This document shows positions 18,933 to 27,616 of a DNA stretch of 64,000 bases, in pieces (position 1 is the first letter of the stretch; each line of letters begins with the position of its first letter). The notes under the pieces were generated by a model. That model was not told the origin of the DNA and searched no databases. It saw only the letters and a program-made list of their open reading frames with translations. The DNA is from Candidatus Omnitrophota bacterium (GTDB lineage: Bacteria > Omnitrophota > Gorgyraeia > Zapsychrales > JANLHA01). The translations under genes and the position numbers were made by a program. The stretch spans positions 3,293,845 to 3,357,844 of the forward strand of contig OY759724.1 in NCBI GenBank assembly GCA_963662715.1. Direction: 5' to 3'.

Positions 18933-19889
18933 TTATTTCCGGATAAGGAGGATCACGATGTATCCCACATAACACAGGCAGAAAACCACCCCTTCCCATC
19001 TGTCTAACTTGCGTTTTCCTCCGGTAAACATGAACAGGAACAACAGCAGGCTGGCAAGGACAGCGACCCCGATATCAAAATTGACGGCATGAGGAAACGG
19101 GATCGGCTTTATGACCGACGTTATTCCTAACACAAAAAATATGTTGAAAATATTAGAGCCCACAATATTACCGACGGCAATCTCGGGATTCTTCTTTAAC
19201 GCCGCCATGACAGAGGTCGCTAATTCAGGCAGGGAGGTCCCGACCGCCACGACCGTTAAGGCAATCAGCGTCGTGCTGACATTTAAGGCTTGGGCGGCCG
19301 AGACCGCCCCGTCCACGATCAACTTCCCCCCTAATGTTAAACCTAAAAGCCCGAACACCACCATACTTCCGGCCTGAAGCATCCCCGCGGTTTGCGCGGG
19401 GACATGCTGGGACATACCGTCAATCTGCTGGGCTATGCTGAAGGAATAGTATAAAAAGATAATAAAAAAAGATAACAGGACAAGGCCGTCTGTGCGGGTT
19501 AACGCGGAGTCCTGTGCCCGGTCGATGACCTGATCGTTCGCCATAATCGCAAGCAGAACAATAGCCAAAAGACTTAAAGGGATCTCTTTCCAAACGGTCC
19601 CTTTTGACACGGCCAAAGGCGTTATGGCCGAAGATATCCCAAGGATCAGCAGGATGTTGGCAATATTGCTCCCGAGGATGTTCCCCACGGCAATATCGGT
19701 TGTGCCTTTTAAGGCTGAAAGGACATTGACAGCCAGTTCAGGGGTAGAGGTCCCAAAAGCGACGACCGTGAGCCCGACCACCAGATCAGAAACCTTCCAT
19801 TTCCTGGCCAAACTCGACGCCCCGTCCACCAGGATATCCGCGCCTTTTATCAGCAGAGTGAAGCCGATGATGATCCACACATAGGACAT
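18933..19889 (-). CDS. Ca2+/Na+ antiporter (CaCA, YrbG-like), 318 aa
   Basis: It contains the two alpha-repeat signatures GTSTPELAVNV and GTSLPELATSV, and is polytopic. Confidence 0.8.
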   Translation of the reverse strand: MSYVWIIIGFTLLIKGADILVDGASSLARKWKVSDLVVGLTVVAFGTSTPELAVNVLSALKGTTDIAVGNILGSNIANILLILGISSAITPLAVSKGTVWKEIPLSLLAIVLLAIMANDQVIDRAQDSALTRTDGLVLLSFFIIFLYYSFSIAQQIDGMSQHVPAQTAGMLQAGSMVVFGLLGLTLGGKLIVDGAVSAAQALNVSTTLIALTVVAVGTSLPELATSVMAALKKNPEIAVGNIVGSNIFNIFFVLGITSVIKPIPFPHAVNFDIGVAVLASLLLFLFMFTGGKRKLDRWEGVVFCLCYVGYIVILLIRK

Positions 19890-19958
19890 AGACGGACTCT
19901 GTTTCTTAAAAAAAGTTATCGCCCTTTAAAACGCTTCCCCCGGCCGGACAGTGCGGCA

Positions 19959-20402
19959 TTACAGCTGGGACATCCTCTTTGTGATTGTCCTGTCATTCTG
20001 CGTAATGACGCGCAGTCTTTCCTTCGGGGCATGGCTGAATTTCCCGATCTTCTTCACGTCCATGACGATACGCCACAAAACCTGAGGCAGGGTTTTGGTT
20101 TTTTTGTCGCCGAACTTATGGCCTTCCAAAAACGCCAACGTCTGCATTTCCGTGACTTGCCCCGTCAACCCGAACCCTTCATCTTTATTTTCGTCCCAGA
20201 CCAACAAGGTGCAATTTTTATTATCATACAGGTTCATGACCGTGCAGTCGCAGAGCCATTCCTTAATCACGACCCTGTTCCTGGAATCCAATTTGATCGT
20301 TTTGACAGTGTCTATCCCCGGCTCACCGTCTTTGTTCGCCGTGGCGATAAAAACATATTCCACCTTCCTGCTGAAGGCCATGACATCTTTAAGGTTTTTC
20401 AT
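19959..20402 (-). CDS. Small soluble protein, possibly of the pyridoxamine-5'-phosphate-oxidase-like/FMN-binding split-barrel family (147 aa)
   Basis: Based on the general pattern only (...VFIATANKDGEPGIDTVKTIKLDSRNRVVIKEWL...CTLLVWDEN...). The assignment is weak. Confidence 0.3.
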   Translation of the reverse strand: MKNLKDVMAFSRKVEYVFIATANKDGEPGIDTVKTIKLDSRNRVVIKEWLCDCTVMNLYDNKNCTLLVWDENKDEGFGLTGQVTEMQTLAFLEGHKFGDKKTKTLPQVLWRIVMDVKKIGKFSHAPKERLRVITQNDRTITKRMSQL

Positions 20403-20513
20403 AATCGGCTCCGTAAAGACTTAATCTTATATTTCATCTATGGAATTCAGGCTTTGTGTCCTTAAAAAACAGGGCGCCCCCTCTTCAGACAAGTCCGGGC
20501 ATTCTTTTAAAAT

Positions 20514-21419
20514 CTAACGGGATCCGGGAATCTTCTTTCCTGGCCGCGGCGGGGACAGCAGGCCCCCTGTTTTAACGGAAAAGGTCGTGGACCCTGTCTT
20601 TCCGACCATCACAGGCGTTGCCGTGATAAGGTACCCGTCCTCTTTTAAGTCGCAGTGGATGAGAAACCCGTTTCTGTTCTGGCCGCAGTAGTTCTCTTCA
20701 ATCCGGGGAGGCATGCCCACGATCCAGTCAGGATTCACCGGGTACTTTTTGTCGTGACTTGCCGCGTATCTTTCCAAAACATTTGATATTCTCCGGACAA
20801 TCTGCAGGGCTTTCTTGTCGTTATCTTCAAGATATTTGTGTTTCGGAACATAAAAAACGGCGAATAAAAAACCCAACACCACGACCGTCGGCATAGTAAA
20901 AACGATACACGCCCTGACCGTACTTAAAGCATGGACTTTTTTCAGGCCGAGAACCCCGAGGTATATTCCCCAGACCATGCTGATTAAAATCCCGGCCAAG
21001 GGAATGACCTGAAAAATGGCCGTAACACTGCTGAAAGCCATAACGCCGTAAGTCGCCTTGTAACCGCCCTGTCCGCCCAGAAGCCTGACAAAAATGTGGG
21101 CAAACCCGCTGATGGCAAAAAGGCTGACGATGATGATCGGGACAATGAAAATGAACATGATCACGAAGCCGACATAAGATTCAAGGGGACGGAACAGCAC
21201 CTGCAGAATCGTCATAGATAAAACCGTTAACAGCTGTATTGTTAAATAAAAAAGCAGATGCTCCCCCAGGTCCTGGTGGGTTTTGACCCGGGCAAAAACA
21301 ATTTCCGGCCGCGTCAGCAACAGTTTTACGGTCTGCCCCAAGGCCTTAAAAAAGCCGATGCGCCTGCGCTGATCCCAGGGCACTGTGTTTTCACTGGTTG
21401 TTTTTGTTATTTCTTCCAT
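20514..21419 (-). CDS. Polytopic membrane protein (Yip1-like N-terminal domain) with a C-terminal soluble domain, 301 aa
   Basis: The call rests on the hydrophobicity pattern. No catalytic motif was recognised. Confidence 0.35.
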   Translation of the reverse strand: MEEITKTTSENTVPWDQRRRIGFFKALGQTVKLLLTRPEIVFARVKTHQDLGEHLLFYLTIQLLTVLSMTILQVLFRPLESYVGFVIMFIFIVPIIIVSLFAISGFAHIFVRLLGGQGGYKATYGVMAFSSVTAIFQVIPLAGILISMVWGIYLGVLGLKKVHALSTVRACIVFTMPTVVVLGFLFAVFYVPKHKYLEDNDKKALQIVRRISNVLERYAASHDKKYPVNPDWIVGMPPRIEENYCGQNRNGFLIHCDLKEDGYLITATPVMVGKTGSTTFSVKTGGLLSPPRPGKKIPGSR

Positions 21420-21572
21420 AATAAAGCTGACATCCCGTTGCAGACATAGAACCGGCGGTGAAAGACAAAGACGTATATCTCAAGCACGGCAGACAATGTC
21501 CGGCAGTATCTTTTAATTTAATAACAAATTTCGATTTGGTCAAGCCCGTATTTATCATATATACTTATATTT

Positions 21573-22349
21573 ATGAGTACTGGTTTCTCTCAAAAGGCTT
21601 TCCTACCCATCGTCTTTCTCTTTTTTTCCTGTCTTTTGATTCATACGGCCTCGGCCCAGGAATCCATTATTTCCCAGATGACAGCCGCCCAAGAATCTTT
21701 GGTCGAAATTTCCGCGGAAAATTTCAATCTGTCGAAATCTCCCGCCTACGGACCGGTTCTAGATCCCCAATCCGGACGCATCGGGGTCATCCGCAATGTC
21801 CAGCAATCCTTTTACCGCCGGACCGGTTCCGGCGTCATTATCCATAAATCCGGAATCATCGTGACCAACGCGCACACAGTCAACCGCGCCCAGCAGATTC
21901 TGGTGAAACTGCACAATAACCTTGAGGTGCCGGCAGAAGTCATCCGTCTGGTCAGCCATATCGACCTGGCTTTACTGCGCGTCCGGGTTCCTTACCCGCT
22001 GACGCCTGTCCCCCTGGCGGATTCCAACAAAATACAGCTTGGAGATGATGTCCTGACCATAGGAAATTCTCCCCTGTTAAAACAAACGCTATCCGGCGGC
22101 AAGATCATCGGCCTTGGACGAAACCGGACCGCAGCCCAGCGGGGAGAGACCCGGAATGATTTCTTTCAGACCACGTTTAACGTCTATGAAGGGGACAGCG
22201 GCGGCCCGTTATTTAACCGGCAAGGGTCTCTCATAGGGCTGATGACAGCCAAGGAGACGGGGGCTGACCGGTCCAGCTTTGCCATACCCGCCAACCAAAT
22301 CTTTTTTTATTTGTCAGACTATCTTCATGGAACAAAACAAAAAAAATAA
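21573..22349 (+). CDS. Secreted trypsin-like serine protease (S1 family, DegP-like protease domain without PDZ), 258 aa
   Basis: It has a signal peptide and a catalytic triad in the contexts TNAHTV (His), DLALLRV (Asp) and GDSGGPLF (Ser). Confidence 0.75.
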   Translation: MSTGFSQKAFLPIVFLFFSCLLIHTASAQESIISQMTAAQESLVEISAENFNLSKSPAYGPVLDPQSGRIGVIRNVQQSFYRRTGSGVIIHKSGIIVTNAHTVNRAQQILVKLHNNLEVPAEVIRLVSHIDLALLRVRVPYPLTPVPLADSNKIQLGDDVLTIGNSPLLKQTLSGGKIIGLGRNRTAAQRGETRNDFFQTTFNVYEGDSGGPLFNRQGSLIGLMTAKETGADRSSFAIPANQIFFYLSDYLHGTKQKK

Positions 22350-22379
22350 TGTAAACCTTATGTCCCTTTTACTATAATC

Positions 22380-24938
22380 ATGGTCAAGACTATGAACGCG
22401 ACCAAGACATATTTTCTGTCTGTTCTTAAATCATGCCGCTGCCGGGGTTTTCTGCTGGCCTGGATTATTGTTTCTGCCATCGGCATCCACATGCGGCTTT
22501 ATCCGTTAAGACACCATACTTCGGATGAAGTCAAGGATAAGGCTTCGCTTTTGGTCATCACCCAGATCAAACAAACCGTCCAGAAGGCGGTGGCCGCCAA
22601 CTTTCCGCAGCTCAGTGCCGTCGAAAAAGAGTTGCTCATCCAAAAACAGTTCAACCGGATCCTGCGCACGGAAAAAGCCAATGTCAGGAAAAGCATTCAC
22701 GAGTTAAGCCGCAAACTTCAGGAACAGGACCCGGAACAAAGCCCGTTTTACCTCCTCGCTTCCGACTCATTTTATTATTACGACTTAACAAAAAACATCC
22801 TGAAAACCGGCCGGATCAGCGACAAAATCAAAGGGAGCAAATATTATAATAACAAAATGAACGCCCCGCACGGGTACTGGGAACCGTTCAACCTGCATCC
22901 CTATACCGGAGCCCTGATACACCGCTGCCTGTCCCGGATAAAACCCGGGATTCCGCTTATGTCCTCGGTCAGCGTTACGCCTTTAATCATTATGTGTATC
23001 AGCCTCCTGCCTTTTATCTGGATATGCCGGCACCTCCAGTGTTCTCTGCCCGGGACTATCACAGCCGCGCTTTTTCTCGTCTCCGCGCCCATCTTTCTTA
23101 AACGCAGCATGTACGGCTGGTATGATAACGACCCTTACAGCATCCTGTTTCCGCTGACCATCCTGTCTGTGGCCTTTTCAGGATTCAAAAGCATTCAGGA
23201 GCAGCGGCCCTGGCTCCCTCCCGCGCTTTTCTGCGGTTTGAGCATCTGGCTCTACTCCCTTTTCTGGCACGGGTGGGTTTTCCTGGAAGCCCTGCTTTTT
23301 GCCGGAGGGGTTCTTTACGGGCTTTATACTTTATTTTTCCTTAAACAAAGGTCCCGGGCCAAACGCCTGTTTCATTTTTTTACGATCGTCATCTCAACCA
23401 GCTTTCTGGGGGTGAGCCTCTTCTTCGGATGGCGGGAATTTTTCATATTATTTCAGGAAGGCCTTGCGGCATTAAAACATTTCTGGCAGCCTTCCTTCTC
23501 TTTATGGCCGGACCTGTACATTGCAGTCGGGGAACTGAAAAGGGCAAGCCTTCCTTTCCTCGTTGAACTGTGCGGAGGATATCTGTTTTGCCTTCTGGCT
23601 TTTCTGGGGTTGGGGAGCTGTGTCTGGCAGCTTATCACAAAGAAAACAGACTTTCCCGGAGAAAACATTTTTCTGATTCTTTTCGTGGGCGTGATCGTTC
23701 CCATGACCCTAGGGGCGCAAAGGTTTGCCCTGCTCTGCATCGTCCCCGCATCTCTACTGGCAGCGGTGGGGATCAAACAGGCCCTTTGCTTTATCAGGCA
23801 AGCCTGTCTGCGGCTGCCCCGGACAGCACTGCCCGTTCAAGCCGTCCAGACCATACTCACATCCCTGGTTCTGCTGGCATTGGCCTGTTTCCCTGTGGCC
23901 CGCGCCTATCACAACACGGAATCTCTGCTGAACCCCATCTTCAACGCGACCTGGGACCAGGCCTTGACCCGGGTTAAGAACGGCACTCCGGCTGACAGCA
24001 TCATCAATACCTGGTGGCCGCCCGGTCATTTTATAAAAGCCATCGCTGAACGCCGGGTCACGTTCGACGGCGCAACCATCAACCAGCCGCAGGCCTACTG
24101 GCTGGCGAATATCCTCCTGGCCGAGGATGAAGATACCGCCCTGGGTCTGTTGCGCATGTTAAACAATTCCTCTAATGAGGCCACGGACTACCTGCTGAGT
24201 ACCGGGATGAAGTTATCCGAGGCTGTCGCGACGCTTCATGAAATTTCCAAACTTGATAAAGACCGCGCACGGGATGATTTAAAGGATAAGTTGAACGAAG
24301 TCCAGCAGACGCATTTACTGAATTTAACGCATAGCCGGCCGCCGCCCAGTTATCTCTTGATCTATAATGAGCTCATTGAAGCTCACATCCTTATCAGTTT
24401 TACGGGACGGTGGGACTTTCAGGAAGCCGAAAACATCAATGAAGATCCCGCCCGGATGAAAAAGGTCCCGCGGGCCGGGTCAAAAGAATACATCTCTTTT
24501 CTCTGGGGAATTGCCGGGGGATACCCCCGCTACAGCGGCATCCTCAGCCCTGTCCATTCAGAAGAGAACAAAGTGCTCTTCTCAGACAATGTCCTCTGCC
24601 AAACAGACACCAAAGAATGCCTGATCAATTCTCCGACTTACGGCAAAGGCGTCCCCAAGTATATTCACTTCCTGGACAGCGGAAAAATCGTCGAGAAAGA
24701 ACTTCCCAACGCAAACCTCAATTACTCTGTCTTATTGAGTCCAACGGAAAGCGGCTATCAGTGCGCGTTAATGGACCATAACCTGGCCCGGTCCCTGCTG
24801 ATGCGGCTCTATTTTTTCAAAGGCGCCGGTTTCCGGGATATCAAACCCTTCCTGCAGACAAAAGACCTCACCACCCGCACCCAGATTTCCGTCTATGAAG
24901 TCGATTGGAATGCTTATCTGAGCCGCACGGCCCCTTAA
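22380..24938 (+). CDS. Large polytopic membrane protein (852 aa) with a C-terminal soluble domain; possibly an STT3/PglB-like oligosaccharyltransferase or another GT-C glycosyltransferase
   Basis: About 12-13 N-terminal TM segments are followed by NTWWPPGHFIK, which is reminiscent of the WWDYG motif of OST catalytic subunits. The resemblance is not exact, so the call is tentative. Confidence 0.3.
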   Translation: MVKTMNATKTYFLSVLKSCRCRGFLLAWIIVSAIGIHMRLYPLRHHTSDEVKDKASLLVITQIKQTVQKAVAANFPQLSAVEKELLIQKQFNRILRTEKANVRKSIHELSRKLQEQDPEQSPFYLLASDSFYYYDLTKNILKTGRISDKIKGSKYYNNKMNAPHGYWEPFNLHPYTGALIHRCLSRIKPGIPLMSSVSVTPLIIMCISLLPFIWICRHLQCSLPGTITAALFLVSAPIFLKRSMYGWYDNDPYSILFPLTILSVAFSGFKSIQEQRPWLPPALFCGLSIWLYSLFWHGWVFLEALLFAGGVLYGLYTLFFLKQRSRAKRLFHFFTIVISTSFLGVSLFFGWREFFILFQEGLAALKHFWQPSFSLWPDLYIAVGELKRASLPFLVELCGGYLFCLLAFLGLGSCVWQLITKKTDFPGENIFLILFVGVIVPMTLGAQRFALLCIVPASLLAAVGIKQALCFIRQACLRLPRTALPVQAVQTILTSLVLLALACFPVARAYHNTESLLNPIFNATWDQALTRVKNGTPADSIINTWWPPGHFIKAIAERRVTFDGATINQPQAYWLANILLAEDEDTALGLLRMLNNSSNEATDYLLSTGMKLSEAVATLHEISKLDKDRARDDLKDKLNEVQQTHLLNLTHSRPPPSYLLIYNELIEAHILISFTGRWDFQEAENINEDPARMKKVPRAGSKEYISFLWGIAGGYPRYSGILSPVHSEENKVLFSDNVLCQTDTKECLINSPTYGKGVPKYIHFLDSGKIVEKELPNANLNYSVLLSPTESGYQCALMDHNLARSLLMRLYFFKGAGFRDIKPFLQTKDLTTRTQISVYEVDWNAYLSRTAP

Positions 24939-24953
24939 ACCCAGACGGACGAC

Positions 24954-26486
24954 TCACCTATATAACCCCCCGCTATATGCTCCCCTGGCATCCCTTCTCT
25001 GCTGTGCTGGAGAGTCCAATTTTTGATATCTTTGAAATTGCCTATTATAATTATCTGAAATCCTTGAATCAGAAATATTCGATCTAATATGATTGGTCCT
25101 ACTATTAATACGAGAAGAAGCTGATATCGCTTCCCTAGCCCTAATAGCATCCCTGGGGCTAATAGTATTTCTAGACCTATTATTCTTAAGTTGGTCATCA
25201 ACGCTGGAAAGATTTGATTTTACTGGATCGGAAGCTCTCCAATTTGTAGATGTCCCGTTTATTTGTGAATATTCACTATTTTTCGCATTTCTATTACTTA
25301 ATTCAATTATCTGATTTCTTGAATTAATCATATCATTTATTAAATCTTGCGTCTGCTGCCAATGACCTTTTATATCTTGGCTTAAAACGATCTCGTTAGA
25401 TTCAAATTGTCTTAATAAATTGCTTCGCTCAGTGTTCCAAGCGTTGCGAGCATTTACTAAATCACTGAAATCCTTACCATACATTTTCTTTAACTGTTCT
25501 ATTGCGTTATTTATAATCGTTTCTACTCTTTCCTCAGCTTGCTTAAAACGAACAAGACTAATCTCTAAATTTTCTAACACCATATCCTGTTCTTCCTTTA
25601 ATTCCGCATAAAGATTCATCAAGTCCCTGAATTCCCCTTCAGTAATGTCTACCAGCTGTTCGCTTAAATCCTTCAGTTCACTTTCAATTTTCTGATTGTT
25701 CTCCTGCAAGTAGCCTTCAGAAGATTCGAAAGTTTCGATTAACAAATCATACTCGTTTCCCAACAAATCTGTTATTTCCGATAATTCTTCAAGTTTTGCT
25801 TTTTCTCTTTCAATATTCTTACTAAAAATTTCCTTAAAATAACTGTCGATATCTGTGACATATCTATTCAAACATTCTTCAAATCCCCCGCAATACGCGA
25901 TATCATTCTTTTCTTGCCCAACGGCTATCTTCTCTATGGTACTTAAATTATTCTCTAATCTAACGGCGTCTGCTCTTCTTATTCTACCGGATTTCTCGGC
26001 AATCGACGCTAAAAGTTCTTCTTTGATTTCTTGATACTTTTTTGCCCGCAAGTCTTGATCGCTTATATTTTTAAATTCAACAATGTCTTTTTGAAATTTA
26101 TCTAACTCAGGGAATTCATTTAAAAAAGCCTCCCTTTCTTTTTCAATTATTTCTGCAAACGTTGCCGCCTCCTCTTGCAGGTGTCCGTTAACTTCCTTTA
26201 TTTGTTTTAAAATCTCTCCTCTCTTACGTATCAATTCTATCCGCTTCTCCTGAATCTCTTTATGAAATTTTTTTAATTCTCCCAATTTATTTTGCAATCT
26301 GACTTGGCTTTGCTTTCTAACTATTTCTACGGATGGCTCTTTCTTGGAATAGTCGGCTATTCCCGCAAAATCAATGATCTGGCCCACCAAACTTAATTCT
26401 CCCTTATTAATAAGATATTGGTTATAGGAAAAAAAACCAACCATCAGAAAAAGAACTATTAAATATACATAAGGTTGTCCCGCCAT
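24954..26486 (-). CDS. N-terminally anchored long coiled-coil protein (510 aa) with a Ser/Arg/Asn-rich disordered C-terminus; last gene of the T2SS-like array
   Basis: An N-terminal TM segment (LIVLFLMVGFFSY) is followed by heptad-like E/K/L-rich sequence. No catalytic motif was found. Confidence 0.45.
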   Translation of the reverse strand: MAGQPYVYLIVLFLMVGFFSYNQYLINKGELSLVGQIIDFAGIADYSKKEPSVEIVRKQSQVRLQNKLGELKKFHKEIQEKRIELIRKRGEILKQIKEVNGHLQEEAATFAEIIEKEREAFLNEFPELDKFQKDIVEFKNISDQDLRAKKYQEIKEELLASIAEKSGRIRRADAVRLENNLSTIEKIAVGQEKNDIAYCGGFEECLNRYVTDIDSYFKEIFSKNIEREKAKLEELSEITDLLGNEYDLLIETFESSEGYLQENNQKIESELKDLSEQLVDITEGEFRDLMNLYAELKEEQDMVLENLEISLVRFKQAEERVETIINNAIEQLKKMYGKDFSDLVNARNAWNTERSNLLRQFESNEIVLSQDIKGHWQQTQDLINDMINSRNQIIELSNRNAKNSEYSQINGTSTNWRASDPVKSNLSSVDDQLKNNRSRNTISPRDAIRAREAISASSRINSRTNHIRSNISDSRISDNYNRQFQRYQKLDSPAQQRRDARGAYSGGLYR

Positions 26487-26700
26487 ATTGCATATTCCTT
26501 TCTTTTACAATTAATAAGGAGCTTCGCAACTCTGTCGTTTAGGGCGCGTTCCAAATCTAGCGTAAAATCATCTTTTATTTTATCATATTTCGTCATTCCT
26601 TCAACCAATCCGAAGAATGGGGAAATGCCGGACGACAAGCGAATCCGAAACATCTCTTAAAGGCCGGACGCGTACGGCACGGGATCAAGTTTAAAAAGGA

Positions 26701-27612
26701 TTACTCCGGAGATAAGGAGCCTGGATGGATAAACGGCGTCGGGGTGGGAACGACACGTCCGGTCCCGTCATCGGCCTGGGGGATGGTGTTCAAGGTGCCC
26801 TTCAGACGGATCTTCATCGTGGGGCCGCCCCCGGCCGGAGCGTTTGTCACCGCCGGTTTGGGTTTAGGCGTCGACTCCACCAGATGACCTGATGTTGCCG
26901 CCGAAGGAGAATGATAAAGGAACTGCTCCTGGGAAATCCGGGCCTCTTCCGGGTTGACAATGGATCTTTCCAGCTGTCTGGCTAAATTGTTTTCCCCCAT
27001 ATGCCGTAAAAGGGTGATAACTTCCAGGACCCTGGCCCGCTCATTGTTCTGCGCATAGGCCAATCCCAGCCCAAAATACACCATCGGACTCTGAACCTTT
27101 TCCGCAACGTCATTAAAATATAAGATGGCATCGGCCGGCTGTTGCTTGCCGACCAGGTAAATCCAGGCCAAAGAAAGTTTTACGCCGGCCAGTTCCGGGT
27201 TAATCGCCAAAGCTTTCCGGCAGGCCTGTTCGGCTTCATTATGTTTTCCGGCCTGATAATAAACCCTGCACATATTATGGTAAGCGTCCGTGTTTTGGGG
27301 ATCAATATCCACAGCCACTTTAAAGAACCATATCACGTCAGAGAGCGGGTCCTGTATGGCCTGATGAGCCAAACCCAGGGCGTTATAAACCGGGGCAAAA
27401 TTAGGATCAACCTCAACCGCCTTTTCATAATGCTGTATGGCCTGGGCATAATTGCCGCTATGGTATTCTGTTTCTCCTTTTTCATAAAGTTCTCGGAAAG
27501 ACTGGGCCCCCGCTGTTGCCGGCCCCAACAGGCTGAAGCTTATAAAAACAAAAAACAGCGATAAACATTTCCTCATAATCCTGCACTCCTTGTTAGCTAG
27601 AATAAGGCTCAT
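26701..27612 (-). CDS. Secreted tetratricopeptide-repeat protein (303 aa)
   Basis: A signal peptide is followed by several TPR units (YAQAIQHYEKAVEVDPNFAPVYNALGLAH..., DAYHNMCRVYYQAGKHNEAEQACRKALAINP). Confidence 0.65.
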   Translation of the reverse strand: MSLILANKECRIMRKCLSLFFVFISFSLLGPATAGAQSFRELYEKGETEYHSGNYAQAIQHYEKAVEVDPNFAPVYNALGLAHQAIQDPLSDVIWFFKVAVDIDPQNTDAYHNMCRVYYQAGKHNEAEQACRKALAINPELAGVKLSLAWIYLVGKQQPADAILYFNDVAEKVQSPMVYFGLGLAYAQNNERARVLEVITLLRHMGENNLARQLERSIVNPEEARISQEQFLYHSPSAATSGHLVESTPKPKPAVTNAPAGGGPTMKIRLKGTLNTIPQADDGTGRVVPTPTPFIHPGSLSPE

Positions 27613-27616
27613 GACA

